39,794 bases of DNA from Nitrospinota bacterium (lineage in GTDB: Bacteria > UBA8248), in NCBI GenBank assembly GCA_030754595.1, contig JASLZZ010000118.1, positions 1 through 39,794 of the forward strand. Reading direction: 5' to 3'. The notes under the pieces were generated by a model. It made no database searches, was not told the DNA's origin, and was given only the letters and a program-made list of their open reading frames with translations. The translations under genes were made by a program, and so were the position numbers. Positions 19,501 through 27,839 of this stretch are shown here, piece by piece; position 1 is the first letter of the stretch; every line of letters starts with the position of its first letter.

Positions 19501-19584
19501 CGGGGCGCGAAGACCTATCACTTCCTCGCCTACAAAAATCTACTCGAGCGGAAGCTGAACGAGCCGCTGAAAACGCTCAAGTAG
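16561..19584 (+). pseudogene. cyaA: Class I adenylate cyclase, ~1007 aa when reconstructed, disrupted
   Basis: LP.LVHLN.P..PGY, MGSLATIAQTSKSDFDIWVC (GS..DxD nucleotidyltransferase motif), HFF, GSA...LLKEEF.RT..LAG..PLW, GAALWQLNKAL.SPFKS..K. Lesions: +1 shift in A8 at 16585-16592, TAG 16799, TGA 17144, TAG 17168, -1 shift near A5 at 18878-18882. Confidence 0.85.
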
Positions 19585-19619
19585 CCTCAAGCGCGGCAGG
19601 CGCCCGCCTTCCTCATTTC

Positions 19620-19648
19620 TTGACACCCGCCGGCCGCCGGCCTACCCT
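19620..19648 (+). promoter_or_regulatory. Sigma70-type promoter for the small ORF at 19696
   Basis: TTGACA-17 nt-TACCCT. Confidence 0.55.
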
Positions 19649-19695
19649 GCGGTTCCGATGCCGTTTTTTATTTTATTTTTCGGGGAGATATTTCA

Positions 19696-19944
19696 TTGAC
19701 CGACGTGGAACAGCGACGACAACTCGGGCGAGACATGGCCGACAGAATCAGCCGCCTGCTCTCTGAGGAAATCCCGGGCATCGAGCACGACATACGATTC
19801 AGCTATGTGGACGACAGTTTCCACCTCTGGTGGGGAGAGCGCGGAAACCCCGACACAACACTTTTCATCACATTTGATCAACTACGGACGCTCAACGACG
19901 AAGAACTCAGGCAGGTCATCCAGAACACCTCCGAAAACGGCTAA
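19696..19944 (+). CDS. Small hypothetical protein (82 aa)
   Basis: TTG start after GGGGAG, preceded by a promoter. Protein-like composition (FSYVDDSFHLWWG). No family recognised. Confidence 0.65.
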   Translation: MTDVEQRRQLGRDMADRISRLLSEEIPGIEHDIRFSYVDDSFHLWWGERGNPDTTLFITFDQLRTLNDEELRQVIQNTSENG

Positions 19945-19995
19945 GACCCACCGCGTCCCGGATATTCGCATCGTGTTCCTGACATTAAAACCGGA

Positions 19996-20460
19996 TCAGT
20001 CCGTGAATGAAGCCTCGATGTAGAAATTTCCGTCATCGGTGCTGAAGGGTATCATCAAGGTCGTCCCGCCCTGGGCGACGTGGCGGACCGTATGATCCTT
20101 TCCCCGCACCACGGTGGGTATGGCGGCCGTGAAATCGAATCCCACTTTCTGAAGCTGAGAACGGGCGTCGCCGGAGATCATGTTCGTCAACTCGCCCACG
20201 GCATCCGCCACCTCCTCGTTCATCTCTTCATACCTCTCGCCAATTATGTTTTTGACTACTTTGAGCGCGCAAGAATCCGAAAAATTGACCGCGCGAGAGC
20301 CTTCCGAATGGCCCGTCAGACCAATGATCCCCGTAATGTCGCTCATCGCGACAACGCTTTTCTTAATCCTGGGTTTTCCAGGCTTGAGGGAGAGCATAGC
20401 CTTCGTGCTCAATACGTTAATCGGGGCTTGAAGGAAGGGATTCAAATACTCTGCTTTCAT
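19996..20460 (-). CDS. cheX: Chemotaxis phosphatase CheX
   Basis: MKAEYLNPF, DITGIIGLTG, DAVGELTNMISG (ExxN catalytic motif), IPTVVRG, IPF.T..G.F.IE. Confidence 0.9.
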   Translation of the reverse strand: MKAEYLNPFLQAPINVLSTKAMLSLKPGKPRIKKSVVAMSDITGIIGLTGHSEGSRAVNFSDSCALKVVKNIIGERYEEMNEEVADAVGELTNMISGDARSQLQKVGFDFTAAIPTVVRGKDHTVRHVAQGGTTLMIPFSTDDGNFYIEASFTD

Positions 20461-20594
20461 TACGCTCTTCCGGCACGAAAAAATGAACCGATATCTTCGA
20501 TTACAGGAAATTTAGGCTGAACGCCCCCAACGTCATCCGGGTGCTAGCATATACCACATAAATAAGGAAAACCACACCTTCAGCCACCGGAATC

Positions 20595-20606
20595 TTGAAT
20601 ATTCAA
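20595..20606. promoter_or_regulatory. Palindromic operator-like site TTGAATATTCAA (copy 1)
   Basis: Perfect 12-bp palindrome upstream of cheX. Identical core at 33912-33923. Confidence 0.45.
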
Positions 20607-21096
20607 ATTCCCCGGGGGTGATCGACCGGGCGGTTTGACCGGGGGCCTCAAGAAGCCGTCGCCGCTCCGGCCGCCCCGCAACCGGCCAGAAAAAACGAAT
20701 ATGAAAAGACTCCCGGCCGGCCTGAGGCATGGAAAACATGCGCCCACACCCCAGCGGGAGATACGGCACTCCCTAAAAACCCATTACTCAATGCCTATAG
20801 CCAAAAATCCCCAAACCTTTCAAACGGCCCCGGCAAACCGCCCCGGACAGAACCGGCGGATTTTTATTGCTACCATCTCGCTGTTTTTATTTTTTGAAAA
20901 TTTTTTTTGCCAACGAGCCTCGATAATAAAATAATTAAACTCGGACGTTGGCCTTCATCCACCCACCCGATTGACGTCTCAGGAGCAAAGCTGTAATCAA
21001 ATACCCTAGCGGGGAGCCCACCCCGATAGCGGTTGAGTGGATGGAAGGAAGCCGGCGCCACCGCGCGGCGGCCGGAACAGGAACCGGAGGCGAAAA

Positions 21097-21474
21097 TTGG
21101 ACCCCAATATTAAAGTTCTCGTCGTGGACGATTTCGCGACCATGAGAAAAGTTGTCCGCAACATGCTCCGCCAGCTCGGAGTCGATAAAGTGAACGAGGC
21201 CGAAAACGGCGAGGAGGCTTTCCGAATGGTCAAGGCTGGGAACTTCGGCCTGATCGTATCGGACTGGAATATGCCGGTCATGACCGGCCTGGAGTTCCTC
21301 AAGGCCGTCCGGGCGGACGAGAGTACGAAATCGATCCCCTTCCTGATGGTCACCGCCGAGGCGCTAAAGGAGAATACCATATAGGCCATCCAGGCCGGTG
21401 CGTCCAAATATATCGTGAAGCCCTTCACCCCAAATGTGTTCGCGGAAAAGCTCGGGACGATCTTCAAGGACTAA
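21097..21474 (+). pseudogene. cheY: Chemotaxis response regulator CheY with internal amber stop
   Basis: TTG after GGAGG. VLVVDDFATMRK, SDWNMP.MTGLE, PFLMVTAEA, then TAG 21382-21384, then in-frame AIQAGASKYIVKPFT...KD-TAA 21474. Confidence 0.88.
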
Positions 21475-21503
21475 CCCCCCCCGAAAGGACTAGCCCCCGG
21501 GCC

Positions 21504-22388
21504 TCAGGCCAAATTCGCCAGCTCCTTGTAGATTCTGAAGATCGAGCTTCCGTCCTCGTTCTGGCGGCCCTTGCTCCGCTGCACCATGTACAGATGCTCC
21601 AACAGACCCCCCAGCGGGACCGGCACGTCCAGGTCCTTCGCCGATTGTATCGCACACTCCAGATCCTTGAGGACAATCCAGATCGGCCCCGAGGGAGGAT
21701 AATTATCGTCCAGCATGTCCTTGCCCCGCACATCGAGGACGCTCGAGCCCGCCGCGCCCGCGCAAAGCGTCTCGAGCATGATTTCGGGCGAGATTCCCGC
21801 TTTCAGCCCCAGGGTCATCCCCTCGGCGGCCCCGGCCATGTTCACGAAAAGTACCAGGTTCACCACGAGCTTGAGCTGGGCGGCGAGGCCGTTCTTCTCG
21901 CCGACGTAAATGGTTTTTTTTCCGATGGCGTCGAAGGCGGGCAGGGCCAGATCGTAGGCGGCCCTCGGCCCCGAACTCATGACGACCAGGTCCTTGACCG
22001 CCGCCTGCTTGCCCACCCCGCTCACCGGCGTATCGAGCCAACTCAATCCCCTCTCCTCTGCCTGCCCGGCCATCGCGCGGGAAAACTTGGGCGGCACAGT
22101 GCTCATATCCGCGATAACCGCCCCCTTATCCGCGCCCTCGAAAACGCCGTCCTCCCCGGCCGCCGCCTTTTCAACCACTCCGTAATTGGGCAGGGAGGTC
22201 ATTATCAGTTGCACCCCCGCAGCGGCGTCCGCCGGCGAGGAAGCCCGCCGGAGCGGCTTTCCCTCCAGCTTTGCATACATCCCCTCAACCGGATCGAACC
22301 CCGCCACCTCGAAACCGGCGTCGAGAAGATGCCCGGCGAAAGCCCCGCCCATGACTCCCAGACCGACAACGCCTATTTTCATGCTCAT
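21504..22388 (-). CDS. NAD(P)-dependent 3-hydroxyisobutyrate/tartronate-semialdehyde dehydrogenase family oxidoreductase
   Basis: GVVGLGVMG, DMSTV, D.PVSG, KLVVN, KDL. ATG 22388 after GGAG. Confidence 0.9.
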   Translation of the reverse strand: MSMKIGVVGLGVMGGAFAGHLLDAGFEVAGFDPVEGMYAKLEGKPLRRASSPADAAAGVQLIMTSLPNYGVVEKAAAGEDGVFEGADKGAVIADMSTVPPKFSRAMAGQAEERGLSWLDTPVSGVGKQAAVKDLVVMSSGPRAAYDLALPAFDAIGKKTIYVGEKNGLAAQLKLVVNLVLFVNMAGAAEGMTLGLKAGISPEIMLETLCAGAAGSSVLDVRGKDMLDDNYPPSGPIWIVLKDLECAIQSAKDLDVPVPLGGLLEHLYMVQRSKGRQNEDGSSIFRIYKELANLA

Positions 22389-22615
22389 GGGAAATACTCC
22401 TTTTTTGGAAAAAATTTCGAAAATGAATTCCTGCCGGATTCCCCGCACTCTAGCCCGGTGAATCGGCGCAGGTAAAGGGAGCGGAGAGCGCCCCGCCGCC
22501 GCTAAATTCTCCGTCCTTGGCCCGGGGCGTTTTCCTCTGCCCGGGGGTTGCGCTAATATCCCCCTTTCCCGCCCCCGGGCGGCGGGTTGCCAAACAGAGT
22601 CAAGGAGAGGAATTT

Positions 22616-23221
22616 ATGACGATGCCGCGTCCCGGCCATACATTCGACGGCGTTCAGCACGTCGCCCTCAAGGTCTCGAATCTCGAAGAGTCGCTTCGAT
22701 TCTACACCGGAATTCTCGGCTTCAAGGTCTCCGAGCGCTATGCGCCGGGCGAGCATCCCACCATGCCGGTCGGCCTTTGTTTCCTGAGGTGCACCAGTCT
22801 CCACCACGACCTCAACCTCGTCTCGTTTCCCGAGGAGGCCGGCGATCTCCCCTCCTTCCGCCGGAAGGACCAGGGCCCCGAGGCCGACCTGGGCTACCAC
22901 CATTTCGCCCTCAAGGTGCCCGGCCGCCGGGAATACGAGGACTGGAAGGCCTGGATCATCGAAAACGGAATCGAAATCGTTCGCGGCTCCGTCGTTCACA
23001 GCCCGACCCACCCCGAGGGAGACGGGACCTGGGGCGAGAACCGCGCTTTTTACTTTTGCGATCCCGACGGCCACCGTATTGAGATCTTTTGCGAAATGGC
23101 CGAGATGAACGATCAAACGAACGGAATCGAGCCGGAATGGTTCGCCAATCGCCTTCGCCAGGAAGGGCACGATCCATCGAAATACGAACCCGCACCCTCC
23201 CAAGGAAGCGAAAGCGGCTAA
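22616..23221 (+). CDS. VOC-family protein (glyoxalase / extradiol-dioxygenase-like)
   Basis: HVALKV..LE.S..FY..ILGF, FLRC...HHDL, HHFAL, YFCDPDGHRIEIF. ATG 22616 after GGAGAGG. Confidence 0.85.
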   Translation: MTMPRPGHTFDGVQHVALKVSNLEESLRFYTGILGFKVSERYAPGEHPTMPVGLCFLRCTSLHHDLNLVSFPEEAGDLPSFRRKDQGPEADLGYHHFALKVPGRREYEDWKAWIIENGIEIVRGSVVHSPTHPEGDGTWGENRAFYFCDPDGHRIEIFCEMAEMNDQTNGIEPEWFANRLRQEGHDPSKYEPAPSQGSESG

Positions 23222-23281
23222 GCCGCTCTACGAGGCTGAGGGCTCCTCCGAGGAAGACCGGGCAACCCCGACGGACAGAAA

Positions 23282-25030
23282 ATGGAAAACAAAAAATTCA
23301 AGGTCCGCCTGCTGGAGTGGCTCCATCACTTCGGCGCCGACGAGGAGACGATCTTCTATTTCCTCACAATCCTCGTCGGCTTCGTCGCCGGACTCGCCGC
23401 CGTCGCGTTTCATCTCACCCTGGGCCTGATACACGAAATTTCCTTCGGCTCCCGCGACCTTTCGGAAGTTCTGCGCCCCTGGTATCTCGTTCCGCTCATC
23501 CCGGCCGGGGGCGCCCTCGTCGCCGCCCTGATACTCCGCGCGGTGCCCGAGGCGCGGGGAAGCGGCATCCCCCAGACGAAGATCGCCTACATCGTCCACA
23601 ACGGGGTCATCCCGGCGCGGGTCTGGATCGGAAAGTTTTTCATCGGCGCGCTGAACATCGGGACCGGCTCGAGCTTGGGCCGGGAGGGGCCGACGGTCCA
23701 AATCTGCGCGGGAATCGCCAGCTGGCTCGGCCAGACGTTCTCGCTCGGCCGCACGAGCATACAATCGCTGGTCCCCGTGGGCGCGGCGGCGGGCCTGGCC
23801 GCCGCATTCAACACCCCCATCGCCGCCGTCACCTTCACCCTCGAAGAGTTGGTCGGCGACCTCAACGCCCGCGTCCTCGGCGCCATCGTGGTCGCCTCGA
23901 TCACGGCCTCGGTCGTCACCCGCGTCCTCCTCGGGGACAACCCGGCCTTTCTCGTCCCCGCCTACTCGCTCGTCTCCTACTGGGAGCTGATTCCCTACGC
24001 CGCCGTCGGGGTGGTGTGCGCGGGAATCGGCGTAATCTTCAAGCGCGCGCTGCTCTTTACCAGGGGCCACTGGCTCGCGCTTTCGGGCGGCCGCGCCGTC
24101 GCCGCCGCCGCCCTGGGCGGGCTGGCCGTGGGCGTGATCGGAATCTGGTTCCCCCAGGTCTTCGCCGTGGGCTACCCCTGGGTCACAAAAGCGCTCACCG
24201 AGGGCTATACGTTCTGGTTCTTCCTCGCCCTGCTGGCGCTCAAGCTGTGCGCGACGACGATATCCTACGGGACGGGCTCGTCGGGCGGCATCTTCGCGCC
24301 CACGCTGTTCATGGGCGCGATGGCCGGCGGCTCGGTCGCCGCGGTCGCCGATTTTTTCTTCCCCGAACTCGTGCTCGGCCCCGGGGTGTACGCCCTCGTC
24401 GGCATGGGCGCCGCCTTCGCCGCCGTCGTCGGCGCCCCGATGACCTCGGTCATCATGATTTTCGAGTTGACCCAGGACTACCACATCATCCTCGCCCTCA
24501 TGGTCGCCAACACGATCTCCTACACCCTCGCCCGGCGCTGGGACCCCGAGCCGCTCTACAGCTCCCTCTCCACCCAGGAGGGCGTTCAGTTGCCCAACCA
24601 CGAGACCGAGCACCTGCTGCACGAAATCCATGTGGCAGACGCGATGATCACGGATGTGAAGACGATGGGGGCGAACGTCACGGTGAAAGATGCGATCGAG
24701 CGGATCGAGGAGATCGGGTTCACGGGCCTCCCGGTCATGAACGCCGCCGGCCGCATGGCCGGAATCGTGAGCGAGTCGGACCTGCGGCAGGCTCAGGGCG
24801 CGGGCCGGGAGAATGAAGCGGTGATCGAGGCCGCCACGACGAGCTACGTCATCCACGCCCACCCGGACCAATCCCTTGATTCGGCCATGGCCAAGATCGG
24901 CGCCCGGCAGATATCGCGCCTCCCCGTCGTCAGCCGGGAGGACCCGGCCCTCCTGCTCGGAATCATTACGGTCGAGGACGTGATGAACGCCTTTGGGGAG
25001 GCGCTCGCCAAGCTTCACCCGGAAGAGTAG
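23282..25030 (+). CDS. ClC-family Cl-/H+ antiporter with C-terminal CBS pair
   Basis: GSGIP, GREGP (gating Glu), AFNTPIAA..F.LEE (proton Glu), GGIFAP; CBS domains in the last ~130 aa. Confidence 0.93.
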   Translation: MENKKFKVRLLEWLHHFGADEETIFYFLTILVGFVAGLAAVAFHLTLGLIHEISFGSRDLSEVLRPWYLVPLIPAGGALVAALILRAVPEARGSGIPQTKIAYIVHNGVIPARVWIGKFFIGALNIGTGSSLGREGPTVQICAGIASWLGQTFSLGRTSIQSLVPVGAAAGLAAAFNTPIAAVTFTLEELVGDLNARVLGAIVVASITASVVTRVLLGDNPAFLVPAYSLVSYWELIPYAAVGVVCAGIGVIFKRALLFTRGHWLALSGGRAVAAAALGGLAVGVIGIWFPQVFAVGYPWVTKALTEGYTFWFFLALLALKLCATTISYGTGSSGGIFAPTLFMGAMAGGSVAAVADFFFPELVLGPGVYALVGMGAAFAAVVGAPMTSVIMIFELTQDYHIILALMVANTISYTLARRWDPEPLYSSLSTQEGVQLPNHETEHLLHEIHVADAMITDVKTMGANVTVKDAIERIEEIGFTGLPVMNAAGRMAGIVSESDLRQAQGAGRENEAVIEAATTSYVIHAHPDQSLDSAMAKIGARQISRLPVVSREDPALLLGIITVEDVMNAFGEALAKLHPEE

Positions 25031-25157
25031 CCGAGGCCTCCGACCCAAGGGTGCCAAACCCGCCGGGCGGGCGGAAAAAGCCACCGGAAACGGGTAGACT
25101 ATCCGCACGGAACCGGAATTCAGATTCAATTCCGCCATACTGGGGAGTCATCGAGCG

Positions 25158-26177
25158 ATGAATTCAGGAGATTCGGTACGCGCCTGCCTGGTCGGCCTCG
25201 GCTGGTGGGGAACCGAGCACGCCAGGGCCGCGAAAAAGGCCGAGGGCCTGGAGGTGATCTCGTGTTTCGCCCGGACCAAAGAGGCCCGCGAGACGTTTTC
25301 GGCTGAGCACGGATGCCGCCCCGCCGCCAGCTGGGAGGAGGCGCTCGCCGACACCGAGACCGAGGCCGTCATCCTCGCCACCCCTCATTCCACCCACGCG
25401 AGGATGGTCGAGGAGGCCGCCTCGGCCGGCAAGCATGTTTTCGTCGAAAAACCCTTTGTCCTTCATGTGCCCGACGGGCAGCGCGCCATCGCCGCCTGCG
25501 GGCGCGCCGGCGTCCGCCTCGGCGTCGGCCATCAGCGGCGCTACCAACCCGCCCACCGCGCCCTCAAGCGCCTCATCGAATCGGGCGAGATGGGTCCGGC
25601 CGTCCAGGCCGAGGCCAATTTTTCCTACGGCTACGCCGACAAGGTGGACCCTGCCAGCTGGCGCGCCCTCCCCGAGGAAAGCCCCTCGGGCTCCATGACG
25701 GGCCTGGGTATTCACCATGCCGACACCCTCCAGTATCTCCTCGGGCCCATCAAGAGCGTGTTCGCCTCGAGCCGCCCCCTCACCACCACGACGAATCTCG
25801 ACGATGTGACGGCGGCCCTTCTCGAATTCGAATCGGGCGCGCACGGCTACCTGGCCTCGAACATGCTCACTCCGAAGGTGTTTTTCGTCCACGTCTTCGG
25901 CACTGAGGCCAACGCCTTCGCCGAGGACGAAGGAAGACGCCTGACGGTCCAGCGCAAGGGCGAAGCAGCGCCCGATGTGAACGACTGGGAGGTCGAGGGC
26001 GACCCCGTCGCGGGGAACGTGGTGAACGAGTTGGCCGACTTCGCCGCCGCCATCCGCGAGGGGCGTGACCCCGAGGTGGACGGCGGCGCAGGCCTCCGCG
26101 CCGCCGCTATCGTCGAGGCCATCACCATCTCGGCCCGCGATGACCGCAAGGTCGAGATGGCCGAGCTCTACGAGTAG
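25158..26177 (+). CDS. Gfo/Idh/MocA family oxidoreductase
   Basis: VGLGWWG, ATP...H, GKHVFVEKP, GHQRR, GIH..D. Confidence 0.9.
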   Translation: MNSGDSVRACLVGLGWWGTEHARAAKKAEGLEVISCFARTKEARETFSAEHGCRPAASWEEALADTETEAVILATPHSTHARMVEEAASAGKHVFVEKPFVLHVPDGQRAIAACGRAGVRLGVGHQRRYQPAHRALKRLIESGEMGPAVQAEANFSYGYADKVDPASWRALPEESPSGSMTGLGIHHADTLQYLLGPIKSVFASSRPLTTTTNLDDVTAALLEFESGAHGYLASNMLTPKVFFVHVFGTEANAFAEDEGRRLTVQRKGEAAPDVNDWEVEGDPVAGNVVNELADFAAAIREGRDPEVDGGAGLRAAAIVEAITISARDDRKVEMAELYE

Positions 26178-26197
26178 CCCGCCCGCGCGGAGAGAGT

Positions 26198-26887
26198 ATG
26201 ACGCCCGGTTTGCCCGGAAGGCTTCCCTATAACGGCCAGCCCCGTTGGTTCAAGGCGCTTTGCGGGGCCTTCTTCCGGATGGCCTTCGGCGCGTGCAGCG
26301 TCCGGGGAACCGAACTAATCCCCGCCGAGGGGCCGCTCATCATCGCCTCGACCCACCGGAGTTATATCGATCCGATCGTCCTGGGCGCATTCATCCCCCG
26401 CCCCGTCTTTTTCATGGCCAAGATCGAGCTTTTCAGGAACCGCGCCTTCGCCGCCGTGATCAGGGGTTTCGGGTCGTTTCCCGTCGACCCGGAAATAGCG
26501 CTGGGCTCTACCTTCCGCACGGCGGTGGGCCTCCTGCAACAGGGCGAGGCCGTCGTCATCTTTCCGGAGGGGGGGATCGTCGATTCCCTCGGAGAGAATG
26601 GTTACAAGGAAGGCGTGGGACTCCTGTCCTCCCTGACGGGAGCGCCCGTCGTTCCGATCTACCTTGAGGATACGAACACGCTGTTCAGCTGGCCGGCGGG
26701 CCCGACGCGCCGGAGCCGGATGGCGTTTTGGGCGGGAGGGCCTATCGATCCGCCCGAGGAACGGGGCCGGGAGGGCCGGAACCAGATCGCCGAAAGGGTG
26801 GAGGCCGCCCTCGAGGAGATGAACCGGGAGTTTAGGGCCGGGGACCCTCCCGGGGGCGAAGCGCCCGGCCGGGCTGAGTCACCCTAA
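26198..26887 (+). CDS. 1-acyl-sn-glycerol-3-phosphate acyltransferase (PlsC family)
   Basis: HRSYID (HxxxxD), FMAK.ELF, IFPEG, PVVP. Confidence 0.88.
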   Translation: MTPGLPGRLPYNGQPRWFKALCGAFFRMAFGACSVRGTELIPAEGPLIIASTHRSYIDPIVLGAFIPRPVFFMAKIELFRNRAFAAVIRGFGSFPVDPEIALGSTFRTAVGLLQQGEAVVIFPEGGIVDSLGENGYKEGVGLLSSLTGAPVVPIYLEDTNTLFSWPAGPTRRSRMAFWAGGPIDPPEERGREGRNQIAERVEAALEEMNREFRAGDPPGGEAPGRAESP

Positions 26888-27046
26888 TAGAGGCCGTTGA
26901 GCCGGCCGGGGCCGGGGGCCCACCCTGGGGCGAGTCGCCCTTCCGGGGGCGCCGTGTTACTCCTAAGAGACGCGGCTATCATCCGGCCTCTTGTTTCGCA
27001 TCCGGCTTTACATTTTGAATCAAGGTTTTTCGAAAGGGAGCGAAGA

Positions 27047-27793
27047 ATGCCCATCCGTTTCGATTTCAGCGGGCGCAAGGTGATCGTCACCGGGGCCGCC
27101 GGGGACATCGGGAGCAAGATACTCGGCGGCTTCCTCGAGGCGGGGGCGCGGGTTTTCGCCACCGACCGCGCGGGCGAGCGCCTTGACGCCCTCGAGGGCC
27201 CCGAGGACCGCCTCATGAAATCGGGATGCGATCTGACCGATGTGGCCGCGCTGAGAGAAGAGCTCAGCGGAGCCCTCGAATGGCTCGGCGGGTGCGATGT
27301 CCTTGTCAACGTGGCGGGCTACATGCCCATCCGCGAGACGCTGGGGCTGACCGAGGAGGACTGGTCGGACGTTCTGGGCGTCAACCTCCTGGCCCCCTAC
27401 TTCGCCATCCAGGAGACCGTCGAGGCCCTCAAGGCCTCCCCCTCGGGCCGCATCATCAGCTTCGCCTCCATCGCCGGAAAAATGGGCGGCATCGGACCCA
27501 ACATCCACTACTCGGCGGCGAAGGCTGGCCTGCTCGCGATGACGTTCAACCTCGCCCGCGAACTCGCCAAGACGGGCATCACCGTGAACTGCGTTCTTCC
27601 CGGCCCGGCGGACACCGGGCTCCATTTCGAATCGCCGCCCGAGATGCTCGCCAACGCGGCCAGGGCGCACCCCCTGGGCCGCCTCACCGTGCCGGACGAC
27701 GTATGGCCGGCGGTTCTCTTTTTGGCCAGCGAGGAGGCGGGCCACATCAACGGCGAGGCGCTGGACGTGAACGGCGGCTTCTGGACCGACTAA
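27047..27793 (+). CDS. SDR family oxidoreductase
   Basis: TGAAGDIG, LVNVAG, YSAAK, VN...PG, VNGG. ATG 27047 after GGGAG. Confidence 0.92.
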   Translation: MPIRFDFSGRKVIVTGAAGDIGSKILGGFLEAGARVFATDRAGERLDALEGPEDRLMKSGCDLTDVAALREELSGALEWLGGCDVLVNVAGYMPIRETLGLTEEDWSDVLGVNLLAPYFAIQETVEALKASPSGRIISFASIAGKMGGIGPNIHYSAAKAGLLAMTFNLARELAKTGITVNCVLPGPADTGLHFESPPEMLANAARAHPLGRLTVPDDVWPAVLFLASEEAGHINGEALDVNGGFWTD

Positions 27794-27839
27794 CGGCTCA
27801 ACTTTCGACTAACGGTTCACCTTTAGCGGAGGATCTTTT

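Noticed and set aside
20533..20934. ORFs 20533-20769 (-) and 20635-20934 (+) in the cheX-cheY gap
   Set aside because: No recognisable motif or good SD, and they run through homopolymer-rich promoter-like DNA.
20831..21020. c-di-GMP-I riboswitch between cheX and cheY (GGCAAACC at ~20832, GCAAAGC at ~20985)
   Set aside because: The two fragments are ~150 nt apart, and the GNRA-capped stem with adjoining GCAAA arrangement is not present.
16799..21384. Three in-frame TAGs (two in the cyclase, one in cheY) as evidence of amber recoding or pyrrolysine
   Set aside because: TAG is the normal stop of many intact genes here (regulator, amtB, cutA, meaB, hemB, ClC, Gfo, SDR, ubiX, DUF898, M48). The cyclase also has a TGA and two frameshifts. 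Decay explains all of these more simply.
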